Positions 39,914 to 49,790 of a DNA stretch of 64,000 nucleotides are shown here, piece by piece. A program made the position numbers and the translations under genes. The stretch is from Candidatus Latescibacterota bacterium. Lineage in GTDB: Bacteria > Latescibacterota > UBA2968 > UBA8231. The DNA is taken from contig CBDCXV010000011.1 of NCBI GenBank assembly GCA_965223905.1, positions 1,696,001 to 1,760,000 of the forward strand, written 5' to 3'. How positions within the stretch are numbered: position 1 is the stretch's first letter; every line of letters starts with the position of its first letter. The notes beneath the pieces are model-generated. The model was not told where the DNA came from, ran no database searches, and saw only the letters and a program-made list of their open reading frames with translations.

Positions 39914-42634
39914 TCACTCCAGCCCGGCGAAAACGCTGATGAAGCTGCTCTGCAGGCTCCTGGCCGGCCCGTTTTCGGGGTCGCGCCGGTCGAACTTGAC
40001 CCCCATCTGAGTGCTGAGCTTGTAGCCCAGATAGTCCCTCGTGTTGGTGAACTGCACGGCCAGGACCCGACTGTTCTGATCGTTGAGATCCTGCCGCAGA
40101 TCCCTCAACTGGATGTACTCCACCCCCGCTTCGACATACGTGCTTGTCAGGATCGGGAAGCGAGCGAGCACGGAGAACAGCTCCGTGAGCTCTTCGCGCT
40201 CGCCGACACCGGCATGACCGCGCGTCTGGTTCCGGTACTCGCTCTTCCATCGCGGCTCCAGTTCCAACAGGCCCAGACTGAACTCGTAGCCGACCTTGTT
40301 GATGACGCCGAAGAAATGCTCGTTCTGCAGCTGGCCGCGAATCCTGCGATCCTCCCTGCCGAGCTGGGTGTGGGTCAGGTCGTACTTGACCTTGTTGATG
40401 AAACGCAGCCTCGACATTCCGGTGTAGTCGAAATTCAACCACAGGCTGTTGTGCCAGGCATCCTCGAGCAGGAGCGGATCGGTGATGTTGACTGGTTGCC
40501 CTTCGGACTCGGCGGTCTGGTATGCCCACTGCAGCAGGTTCTCGCGAATGTCGTCCCGGGCGCGCTTGACCATGTCGTAGACGCGCAGACGACCGAATCC
40601 CGGATAGTCGCGGTCGAAAGTGGCGAGCAGGTAGTTGGTCTCGTTGTGGCGGTCCTCCGAGAGGAGACGTTCGTCCATGCGGCCGGCGATCGCTCGAATC
40701 TCCGGAGTGATGTTGGCGCCGGCATATGCATTGTAGCCGCGGTGATCCCGCCGGTAGGGGTAATCGGGCTCGTTGTCGTTCTCGAACCGGTCTATCCAGC
40801 CGTTGTTGTTCATGTCGGGACCGAAGAGGAATTCCGGCCGGTCGACGTTGAAGCGGAGGAAGGGCTCTTCGTAGTCGGGAAACTCGTTGCGTCGTGCGCT
40901 GCGGCGGTTGTCGTTCTGGTTGAAGTCGGAGATGAAGTCGTTGTTTTCGTCCCATCCGGGGAATATGTCGAAGTCGCCGCTGCCCGCCCCTTTGCGCGCG
41001 AGGTCCGGGATCGCGTCCTGGTCGTCGTTGTCGTCGACGAATTCGTAGAAGGAGCGCGGGTTGCCGTAGTCGACGAACCCCGTCCGTGGGTGGGTGCTCG
41101 TGGTGACCGTGGTGGTGGAGTAATCGTGGTCCATGCTGAACGCTTCACCAAAGAGGAAAAACGGATAAGCCTGCTTGGAAAGGTTCACCATCCAGGCGTC
41201 GGCGCGGCGATCACCCCTGACGCCGGAGAAGGAGTCATGGGTGATCAGGTTGGCGTTGGGGTACATCCTGTAGCTGTAGGACACGTCGTACTCGCCATAG
41301 AGGCTGACGCCCAACACATCCGTCACCTCGATAGTAGCGCCGGCGACCTGGGTGGCCGTGGGCAGGCCGTAGTCGAAGCTGAGCAGGCGCAGATTGGAGT
41401 TGTCCTGGACGTTGCCCTCGGCCCGGGCCACGAGCAGGGGGGTGGTTTGCCCGGCAGTTGCTCTCCCCCCGCCCACATGGGTGGTCTGGCGATTGGAATT
41501 CACCCAGACCTGGTAGTCGTTGCCGACCGGCAGTTGGAAGCGGACCCGTTCGATCTCCGATTTGTCTCCGCGGGCATTGTCCACAAAGCCTGCAGGGCCC
41601 GTGCTGTCGAAATCGTATCTCACGCTGATCTCCTCACTGCCGTCGGCGGCCCTGAAGCCGGTGCGCTCGAACCCGCCCTGGACCACCGGCTCGAACCCGA
41701 TCTGCCTGGCAGCCTCCTGCTCCCCGTCGATGTAGGTGATGATGAGATCGGAGCCTCCCTCGAAAAAGGAGGCCCCTCCCTCGCCGTCTTCCGGCGAGTC
41801 GTCCCTCAGGATGAGCTCGACCCACTCGACCGGGGACCCGTTCTGATCCTGGGTCAATTCCCCCTTTATGAGACCGCCTTCGAAACTCTCCAGGTCGGTG
41901 TGGGACTGATGCGCGTTGACGAAATTGGCGCCGAGCTTGACGAAATCGCCCACCTGGGCGGTCACCCTGCCGCCGAACAGGGAGGTGTTGTTGGTGAGCT
42001 CGATAGCCGTCGGGGTCCTCTCGCCGCCAGGCAGGTTGATGCGGGAATAGATGACGGTGGCCTCGTACTTGTCGGAGGAGAAGTCCCACTGCAGACCGTC
42101 GAAGTCGGGCTTGGAAAAGGTCATCGGCGTGAGAACGGTGCGCAGCGAGCTCCCGATGCTCAACGACGTGTGATACTGGCCCTTGTGGTCGGATGCGATC
42201 ACGAGACTGGAAAACCAACTTTTGAACTTGTCGTCCTTGAAGAGTGAATTGCCCAACTGGGCCCGGGGCTGATTCTGGCGGTGGTCGTAGATCAGCCAGC
42301 CCCTGGAGATGAAGTTGCCGTATAGATCGTAGAAATAGTCACCCTCGTGATTGATGTTGATGTAGCGTTGGAAGGGTTCGCGGGCGTAGTTGGTGTACTC
42401 CCACTGGCGCCAGCGGTATTCCTGGTAGAGCTCGCCCGGCACGTACCATTTGCGCATGGCCGGATCGAGAGTGCCCGTGAGCACACTGGTCCCCTGGGGT
42501 TGGTAGCTCCAGACATCCGCCTTGCGCGTGCCCAGGCGCGAGCCGTAGTCCTGCTGCCCGAGAACGGGAACGGAAGCCGCGATGACGGTCAAGGCGAACA
42601 GAGCAGCACGGTTGGAAAAAGCCGGTCTTTTCAC
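39914..42634 (-). CDS. Conserved large exported protein, putative outer-membrane barrel; paralog of 11900-14514
   Basis: RBS gaggagg, signal peptide, RKWYVP, YTNYAR, FVDDNDDQD, DMNNN..DRFEND, ends FISVFAGLE. Confidence 0.75.
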   Translation of the reverse strand: MKRPAFSNRAALFALTVIAASVPVLGQQDYGSRLGTRKADVWSYQPQGTSVLTGTLDPAMRKWYVPGELYQEYRWRQWEYTNYAREPFQRYININHEGDYFYDLYGNFISRGWLIYDHRQNQPRAQLGNSLFKDDKFKSWFSSLVIASDHKGQYHTSLSIGSSLRTVLTPMTFSKPDFDGLQWDFSSDKYEATVIYSRINLPGGERTPTAIELTNNTSLFGGRVTAQVGDFVKLGANFVNAHQSHTDLESFEGGLIKGELTQDQNGSPVEWVELILRDDSPEDGEGGASFFEGGSDLIITYIDGEQEAARQIGFEPVVQGGFERTGFRAADGSEEISVRYDFDSTGPAGFVDNARGDKSEIERVRFQLPVGNDYQVWVNSNRQTTHVGGGRATAGQTTPLLVARAEGNVQDNSNLRLLSFDYGLPTATQVAGATIEVTDVLGVSLYGEYDVSYSYRMYPNANLITHDSFSGVRGDRRADAWMVNLSKQAYPFFLFGEAFSMDHDYSTTTVTTSTHPRTGFVDYGNPRSFYEFVDDNDDQDAIPDLARKGAGSGDFDIFPGWDENNDFISDFNQNDNRRSARRNEFPDYEEPFLRFNVDRPEFLFGPDMNNNGWIDRFENDNEPDYPYRRDHRGYNAYAGANITPEIRAIAGRMDERLLSEDRHNETNYLLATFDRDYPGFGRLRVYDMVKRARDDIRENLLQWAYQTAESEGQPVNITDPLLLEDAWHNSLWLNFDYTGMSRLRFINKVKYDLTHTQLGREDRRIRGQLQNEHFFGVINKVGYEFSLGLLELEPRWKSEYRNQTRGHAGVGEREELTELFSVLARFPILTSTYVEAGVEYIQLRDLRQDLNDQNSRVLAVQFTNTRDYLGYKLSTQMGVKFDRRDPENGPARSLQSSFISVFAGLE

Positions 42635-42697
42635 GACAAACCCTCCTCTGGATACCCTCAAAACTCTGCTGTGCACGACCGGGGATGGAGGTTTTCG

Positions 42698-44495
42698 TCA
42701 ATAGACGACGACGACCGTTCCCAGGACCTCTTCTGATTTGGCGTCCGCTTTTACCTCGAGCTTGAGCAGATAGAGTCCGGGCGGCACGAGCCGATCGTCA
42801 GCGCCGGTGCCGTCCCACGGTACGGAGTGGCGGCCGCTCTCGAGCTCGCCCGCGAACAGGGCGGCGATGCGGCGGCCGGAAAGATCGTAGACGACGACCT
42901 CGACTGGCGTCGCCTTGGTGAGCTTGAAGACGTCGGAGCGGATCTCGGCGCTGTCGTTGATGCCGTCGCCGTTGGGGGTGAAGGGGTTGGGCACAACCTC
43001 CACGGCACCCAGCAGAGCCACCCCCTCGATGTCGGTGAGAACGGTCAGGTTCGAGCGCTTGTCCTCATCCAGGAGGTTCAGCCCGGGAAAGTCGCCGGTG
43101 AGATCCATGGCGTTGCCGGGAACCGCGGGCTGCGGCAGCTCTTCGGATCCCTCGTTCAACCCCCATCCGTCGAAGATGATGCCGTAGCGCAGAACCGATG
43201 TGACGAAGCGGAGTTTCAGCACGGAACCATCTTCCGTGACGGGCGGAAAACGCACCTTGAAAGGATGCGGGGATACCAGGTGTTCGTCCGCATCCGCACC
43301 CTGTTTGTTCAGGAGCAGGTCCCCCTCCTGATTGAGGATCTGAATCTCTTCGAGCCGCTCGATGGGGGCCGAGGTCCGGATCTCGAAGGTGTCGAAGCCC
43401 CTGTCGGAAGGCTCGGAGGCGCGCACGGCATAGACGAATTCCTCGCCCTCGCCGATCTGCGCCTGACGCGGGAAGATCTCCGCGACGAGTTCCTGGGCAA
43501 CCGGCGGGGAGTGCTCGAAGGAGAGGGAATCGACCTTCTGGGCCGCCTCCAGGTCCTCGCTGGCAAAGCGGATCTCGAATTGAAAGAACCGACGGGGGGC
43601 CGGTGAGGTGATCTGGATACCGCGGTCTTCGGCCAGCCGATAAGGCTCCGACCAGGGGCTCCAATCCTGCGCATCCCGGCCGCTTCGGGTGCGCACGGTA
43701 ATGCCGGAACGAAAGGGATCGCCGATGGCCGCGGCAGACCAGTTTATCCGGCCCCACAGTGAGCCCTGCTCCCCCAGGTCGAAGGGATTGGACAGGTAGC
43801 TGCCGTCCGACACGTAGCCGCGACCGTAAAGCTCGATCTCGTCGATCTCGAATCCCCCGTGGTACTGGGATGTCAGGCGCAGGTAGCGGACGAACTGGAG
43901 CGGTATCCGCATCTCGGCCCGGGTCCTGGTATTCTGCCGTTCGTGGAATCTGCCGATCGCGTTCCATTCGGGGTTGCCGGACTCTGCGAGATTGCTTCTG
44001 CCGTCGTTGACCTGGACGTAAAAGGCCTTGAGATACTCGCGGGGAAAAAGGGAACTGGGATAGAAGACGATGCGATCCATGCCGAGGGGAGCACCCAGAT
44101 CGATGTCGACGTGCTCGCCGAAGGTCGAATTGGCGATCTTGCGGTCGTAGACCTCCGAAATCGTGCCATTCGTGATGTTTTCCAGGGATTCTTGCAGTAT
44201 CTCCTCGCCCTGCGTTCTGCGGATCGGGCTGTTGGGAGAATCGATTTCGACCGTCCCTCCCCGGTCGCGGACCTGCTGAATGAGATTGACGTCGGGGTCG
44301 ATCTGGATGGGCACGATCCAGCCGGGCTCGGTGGCGAAATCGATGACGTTTCCGGGGGCAGTGCCGAAGTCGGACCAAGTGTTCTCCACGCCGCCGACGA
44401 CGAGGGTGTCCAGCGCCAGGCTCCCATGGACGAAGAAAATGATCGACCCGATGAAGCATGAGCCCGCGATGCTGCGGTGACGGGGAGTCCGCCAC
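42698..44495 (-). CDS. Secreted discoidin-like plus FlgD-Ig/CHU_C-like protein; apparent 1-nt frameshift just after the start
   Basis: RBS plus GTG at 44495 is out of frame by one C (tcccc). YLSNPFDLG, WSPWSEPY, SPAPRRFFQ, PFTPNGDGIND. Confidence 0.8.
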
Positions 44496-44501
44496 GAGCT
44501 C

Positions 44502-46496
44502 CTAGTAGGCCACGTAGACGATGCCGCTATGGTCTTCATTCCTCTCGTCCGTCTCGATCGATATCCGGTAGATGTAAATTCCCGGAGGGGCGAGCCTGCC
44601 ATCATCGTCGCGCCCGTTCCAATTCTCACCGTGAATGCCGCTGACCAGCGATTCGCTCCCCAACTGCCTCACCCGGCGGCCGGTCAGATCGTAGATGGCC
44701 ACGTCGGCGGCAGCTGCGTCGGTCAGGTTGAGCAGCGCATAGGAGAGCTTAATCTCGTCGTTGATCCCATCCCCGTTGGGCGTGAACGGGCTCGGCTGCA
44801 CCCGCACCTGACTGATCAGCTCCTCGCTCAAGGGGATGGTCACCACGACCCCGCCTGCGCTGTAGCGATCGATGGCATCCCCGCCGTCGACAAGCTGTCG
44901 CACTTCGTCGCTGCCATCGATGAATATGCGACCCTTGAACTCCGTGCCGAACTTCACCACGGAGGCGTCGAACACCACCTGCACCCGCTTCCCGGCATCG
45001 GCGACTCCCTTGAGAGTGTCGAAGTGCACGACGAGACGATCGTCCAGGATCTCGGCGTTCGGGTGGGTGTCGTCCGGCTGAAGAAGGCACGGTTCGCAGA
45101 TGATCTTTTCAGTGCCGGCGCCGTCAATCCGCACCAAGCGCACCGCCGAAGGCTCCACGAACGTCTCGATCTCCAGGCTGTCGAAGCCGCGATCGGTGTC
45201 TGCCAGTTCGGGCAGGAGGGTGTAGGTGAAGGTGGTGTCGACCGCCGCCGGCACCTCCTTCGGGAAGATCTCGGCGACGGCCCTGCTGGCGCTGGGCGGC
45301 TTGGAAAAGTCGAAACCGATCGCCTCCAGGCGGCTCCCGTCGGTGATCGTGGGAAAGAAGTCGATGCGAAACTGGATATAGCGCCGCGGCCCCGGCGAAA
45401 CCACGGGCACCCCCTCGGCGCCCTTGTCGAAATCGTAGGGCGTCGACCAGAAGCTCCAGTTTTCGATATCGTAGGTGATGGCAGCTTGCTGGGGGGCATA
45501 GTCCAGACTGCTGTAGTCGGCCAGGGTCAATGGCTCGCCGTCAACCGTCAAAGTCGACAATTCGTCACCCCGCCCGGTGAACACGGAGTAGACACTGGGG
45601 TCGGGAAAATCGCCGTCGTTGGGCGTGTCCCCGGCGCGGCCGGTGCGGGTGCGGATGACGGTCCGGGCATCCGGGTCCCGGGTGCCGGTCCAGTAGAGCC
45701 GGCCCCAGCTGGCCTGCTCCCCGGACCCCAGGGGCGCCACCTGCTCGATGTCGATGATCTCGGAGATATAGGAGGCTTTGGGCACGTAGCCGTCGCCGTA
45801 GATCTCGAACTCGGCGAGCTGCCAGGTTTTGGGGGGGATCGAGATGCCAGCCTTGTTTCTTCGGATTATGGGCTCTATGGCGACGACTTGCCCGTGCCGC
45901 ATTGGAAAGGTGACTTCCACGCTGTCCTTCTTGTTGTCCAGCTCCTCGCGGACCAGCGCCCCGTCGACGTACAGTCTGAAAACATCGGCGTACTTTTCGC
46001 TGGAGTCCGGGTGGGTGAAGAAGACGATCCGGTTGATGGGGAAAATGCCTCCCAGGTCCACGGTCGGCCGGGGTGTTCCCTCCGGGCCCCCGAAATCGCC
46101 CCGGTAATTGTAGACGGTGGTGATGTCTCCATCCAAAGCCCGTTCGAAATACCCCGGGACGCGCTGAAAAACCCGCTCTCGCTGCCAGCCTCCCCGCTCC
46201 TCATAGCCCAGGGAAAGATTGAAGTCCGGGGTCACCCTGATCGGCATCACGTGTGTGGCGGAAGTGTCCAGATTGATGATTCCCAGGGCTGTCTCGTTGT
46301 AGTCCGGGTAGAGGCCCTCCTCTCTTTCAGCCCTGGCCTCGCCCCAGGTGCGGTGCTCCACCGACATTCCGGGGTCGGATGACCACGGATTGTCGGGTTC
46401 ACCGATCACCAGCATGCTGCGCGAATGCACGCTTGTGGAGGCGGTGAGGCCGATGAGAAGGCCGGCCAACCCGTAGACGAAACCCCTGGCACGCAT
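44502..46496 (-). CDS. Secreted discoidin-like plus FlgD-Ig/CHU_C-like protein
   Basis: RBS aaggaa, signal peptide, YISEIIDI, WSFWSTPY, SPGPRRYIQF, PFTPNGDGIND. Confidence 0.85.
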   Translation of the reverse strand: MRARGFVYGLAGLLIGLTASTSVHSRSMLVIGEPDNPWSSDPGMSVEHRTWGEARAEREEGLYPDYNETALGIINLDTSATHVMPIRVTPDFNLSLGYEERGGWQRERVFQRVPGYFERALDGDITTVYNYRGDFGGPEGTPRPTVDLGGIFPINRIVFFTHPDSSEKYADVFRLYVDGALVREELDNKKDSVEVTFPMRHGQVVAIEPIIRRNKAGISIPPKTWQLAEFEIYGDGYVPKASYISEIIDIEQVAPLGSGEQASWGRLYWTGTRDPDARTVIRTRTGRAGDTPNDGDFPDPSVYSVFTGRGDELSTLTVDGEPLTLADYSSLDYAPQQAAITYDIENWSFWSTPYDFDKGAEGVPVVSPGPRRYIQFRIDFFPTITDGSRLEAIGFDFSKPPSASRAVAEIFPKEVPAAVDTTFTYTLLPELADTDRGFDSLEIETFVEPSAVRLVRIDGAGTEKIICEPCLLQPDDTHPNAEILDDRLVVHFDTLKGVADAGKRVQVVFDASVVKFGTEFKGRIFIDGSDEVRQLVDGGDAIDRYSAGGVVVTIPLSEELISQVRVQPSPFTPNGDGINDEIKLSYALLNLTDAAAADVAIYDLTGRRVRQLGSESLVSGIHGENWNGRDDDGRLAPPGIYIYRISIETDERNEDHSGIVYVAY

Positions 46497-46512
46497 GGTG
46501 GTGGATTCCTTC

Positions 46513-49500
46513 TCAAAATGCCAGGCTGACGAGGCGGACCAGCGTGTTTCCAGAGCCCGCGTCGCTGTCCACGTGAACGCGGCACAGATAGAGCCCGGGC
46601 GCCACGAGCTCCCCGGCGTTGTCGCGACCGCTGCGACCCTGCCATTCCAGCACCCGTTCTCCGCCCGCTGCCATACTCGAAACCACGGCGACCTCGACGC
46701 CGGCCAGGGTGAAGAACCGGGCTTCGATCCGGCGGGGCGCATCGACATTCGACACCGAAAGCAGGAGCCTCACCCGGTCGTTGATGCCGTCGCCGTTGGG
46801 AGTGAAGGGATTCGGCCCGATCTCCAGAGCGGACAGCGCCGGCTGGTCGCCTATGGGGGTAATGACGGCCGTCCCTTGACCGTCGATCTCCTCCATGGCG
46901 TTGCCGGGGTCCGCTTTCTGCCAGAGTTCGGGGATCCTCGTGTCAGCTTCCTTCGAGTTGGCCACCTCGGCGGAGAAGGTCGTGCCGCTCACGAAGATGC
47001 GGGAACGGAAGCGCAGCTCCACCACCTCGCCTTCGCGCAAGACCGGCCCTTTCTGGCTGCTGGACAGCTGGTTGTAGCTGGTCCGGGTCAAGGACTCTCC
47101 GTCGTTGCCGATTGCCACCTCTTCGCCATCGAAAAGTGCGCGATAGTAGCGCACCGGCCCCTGGGATTCAAAGGGAAGTTCGTTGTAGTCGCCCTCATTC
47201 ACCAGGCGCAGAGTCTGGGCGCCCGTCTCGGGATCGGTCGCCGTGACCTCGAAATAGTCGATGCGGCCCTGCTCGTTGAGCGGCTCCGTCGGCAACCGGC
47301 TCCAAGCCGCCTCGGTGAGCACGCCACCGGATTTGTCGAGGGGGGCTTCATCCCGCGCCACTGCGATGCGGTAGTAAGCCGGGGGGCTGTCGGCGTCGTA
47401 GTCCACGAAGCCCGGCAGCCTTATCCACAAGGTGTCGGCGCGGGTCGAGATGATCTCGAGGCGATCTCCCGCTGAATTGACGAAACCACCCTGGCCATCG
47501 TCTCCGAATTCTTCAACTTCGGCTTCTTCGCCTGCCAGGAGCGCGTCCTGTCCGCCTACACGCACCTCTATCAATTCCATTTCCGTTCGATGCGAAGCCA
47601 GCACCCGTATTTCGTCGAAACGGGTGCTGGTATCCGGCTCGTCGGCTCGGAAGATCGGCCGCACGAAGACGGAGAAGGTGTCCGGCACGCCACTGGCGAC
47701 ATCGATCTGGGGGGTTACCTCCGCCAGGACCTGGCTGGCGAAGGGATCGGTGAAGTGGACGATGATCGAGTCCAGGGTGGCGACGGCATCCGGCCAGTCT
47801 GAATCCAGCGTAGCCTGCAGTCTGAGGAACCGACGCGGCGAGGGCGAAATAAATCGGTCCCCGGAATGCTCGTAGGCCCTGCTCCAGGCGCTCCAATCCA
47901 CCCCTTGGGAAAAGGTCGCGAGGGAATCGCCTCTGTCTTTTGGTTTCGTCCTCCTGTTCCAGTACTTGTCGCGGGTCACCTCTGTTCCATTGGTGAGGAA
48001 GAACCGCCATTTCGGAATGACCTCGTTGCCGGTCTGGGTGCGGACTTCGATACGGGTCCCGGGCGGGGTCTCGCCGACCCATTCCACCCGGGTCAGGGCG
48101 TGCGCCTGGCGCCGGTTACTCCTGTCCTTGAACTCGATCAGGGGGGAGGTGAGAACCACCCCGGCGACACGGCCCTCGCCGAACACCTGCATTGCGCGCA
48201 CGCCGACATGCGTGGGCGGCGCCGTGTTGGAGCCGTCGAGGTGGACGAATTCGATGAAACGGGTTCGAAGCGGTTCGAAACGGTCCTCCGCATAGATGAA
48301 CTTGTTCGTGGTCGCGTTGCGTTCCCGTTCAGGCGGCGAGACCATGTTCCAGATCGGGGTACCGTCCGAGGCCGTGGAACCGTCTGAAACCCGGACCGTC
48401 CACCCCCAGAGCGGGTATTGGGCCGCTCTCGGGTCGCCCAGGATGCGGAAGGCGTCCACCCAGAACAAGGCCCCCAGATCGATGATGAGCGGCCCCCCGC
48501 CCCCGTCGCTTGTCCCGGATTGTCCGGGTGGCATGACCAGTCTGGCACGCCATTCGTCCAGGAAGCTGCCGTTGAAAGCATTGGCCAGGACACCCGGCGA
48601 CGTGCCCTGGTAGGTGAGTTTGCCACCCCTTTCAAAAATCCCGAGAGCTATATTGTCGCCTGCGGTGATAACTTGCACGTCCGCCAGGCGCGGACGTTCC
48701 CTGCGATAGTAGCGCACCGGACCCAGGCGGTCGGGCTCTTCTGTCTCGATGGTCTCGTACGCTTCCCTCGTCGTTGGCACCACGTCGCCGTCAAAGCTCT
48801 TGAGATGGTACTCGATTCTCCCCCGGCTCTCCGGCGACAGGTCATTCTCATAGGCATCCCGGGTTACTTCCTCGGCCCGGTCCAGGTTGCTGTCGGTCAC
48901 CACGATGCGGACGTACTGCAAGGGCGTTCCGGTGAAATCGGGGTCGGCCTTCACGTCCGGTTCGAGGTCGAACGTGAACTCCCGCTGATCCCGAATCCCC
49001 CGGGTGGTGCCGCCGACGGTGCGGTAGTCCAGGGGCCGCACACTGCTGTCAAACTTGAGCAATCCGGTAGAGACCAGAACCCGGAACTGCAGGAACGGAT
49101 CCCCCAGCTCTTCGTCGACGAAGCGCAGGATGATCTTTTCGGCCGAAACCAACCGGCCCATGTCGAATTCGATCCACCACTTGAACGACGGCTCGTCCAG
49201 GTCCGGCTCCCAGTAGGTCTCTAACCGGTCGTCACCCCGGTCGATGGCACCGTCTGCCAGCGCCAGGTTGGAGCCGGCGTTCTTGATGCCGCCGGGCGCG
49301 CGCGGTCCCCCTTCCTCGAAGACGGAGATGAACTGCGCCTTGTCCTTGGCGTCGATGACGTGGCTGAAGCCGGGCGCGTCGGTCAGCGCGTCAACCTGCC
49401 TGCGGAACTCGCGAGGGACGATCAGGGCATCCCGGCCGCCGTTCTTCATCCGCATTTCCAGGACGTCCTGGCTGACCGAATCGAGCGGTTGCTCCAGATC

Positions 49501-49647
49501 CCCCAGGAGCCACTGGCCCCAGTGCTTGTCCGTGTTGACGGTGATCTGCCGCTTCTGGGTATCGATCCGGTAACCCGGCTGTTCCTGGGTAAAACCCGGA
49601 TTCGACCAGAGCAGCAGGATCGCGGCCCAGAGGGGCGCCCTCGTCAT
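46513..49647 (-). CDS. Large secreted protein with two discoidin-like domains plus FlgD-Ig/CHU_C-like domain
   Basis: Signal peptide, FDMGRLV / IDLGALFWV, WSAWSRAY, SPSPRRFL, PNPFTPNGDGIND. Confidence 0.85.
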   Translation of the reverse strand: MTRAPLWAAILLLWSNPGFTQEQPGYRIDTQKRQITVNTDKHWGQWLLGDLEQPLDSVSQDVLEMRMKNGGRDALIVPREFRRQVDALTDAPGFSHVIDAKDKAQFISVFEEGGPRAPGGIKNAGSNLALADGAIDRGDDRLETYWEPDLDEPSFKWWIEFDMGRLVSAEKIILRFVDEELGDPFLQFRVLVSTGLLKFDSSVRPLDYRTVGGTTRGIRDQREFTFDLEPDVKADPDFTGTPLQYVRIVVTDSNLDRAEEVTRDAYENDLSPESRGRIEYHLKSFDGDVVPTTREAYETIETEEPDRLGPVRYYRRERPRLADVQVITAGDNIALGIFERGGKLTYQGTSPGVLANAFNGSFLDEWRARLVMPPGQSGTSDGGGGPLIIDLGALFWVDAFRILGDPRAAQYPLWGWTVRVSDGSTASDGTPIWNMVSPPERERNATTNKFIYAEDRFEPLRTRFIEFVHLDGSNTAPPTHVGVRAMQVFGEGRVAGVVLTSPLIEFKDRSNRRQAHALTRVEWVGETPPGTRIEVRTQTGNEVIPKWRFFLTNGTEVTRDKYWNRRTKPKDRGDSLATFSQGVDWSAWSRAYEHSGDRFISPSPRRFLRLQATLDSDWPDAVATLDSIIVHFTDPFASQVLAEVTPQIDVASGVPDTFSVFVRPIFRADEPDTSTRFDEIRVLASHRTEMELIEVRVGGQDALLAGEEAEVEEFGDDGQGGFVNSAGDRLEIISTRADTLWIRLPGFVDYDADSPPAYYRIAVARDEAPLDKSGGVLTEAAWSRLPTEPLNEQGRIDYFEVTATDPETGAQTLRLVNEGDYNELPFESQGPVRYYRALFDGEEVAIGNDGESLTRTSYNQLSSSQKGPVLREGEVVELRFRSRIFVSGTTFSAEVANSKEADTRIPELWQKADPGNAMEEIDGQGTAVITPIGDQPALSALEIGPNPFTPNGDGINDRVRLLLSVSNVDAPRRIEARFFTLAGVEVAVVSSMAAGGERVLEWQGRSGRDNAGELVAPGLYLCRVHVDSDAGSGNTLVRLVSLAF

Positions 49648-49696
49648 GGAGAGAGATCCGTACATATGAGGTCTCCCGACTCTCTGGCAGGGCATG

Positions 49697-49736
49697 AAAA
49701 CAAAAACGAGGGAGGTAATCGAACCCCTCCCTCGTT
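49697..49736 (-). terminator. Intrinsic terminator after the operon B leader gene
   Basis: Minus strand aacgagggagg...cctccctcgtt followed by tttgtttt. Confidence 0.85.
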
Positions 49737-49790
49737 CAGTATCCTCAAAAAAGATTGCGCCTGATCGTATTGATCGGCTCAATCCGAAGA

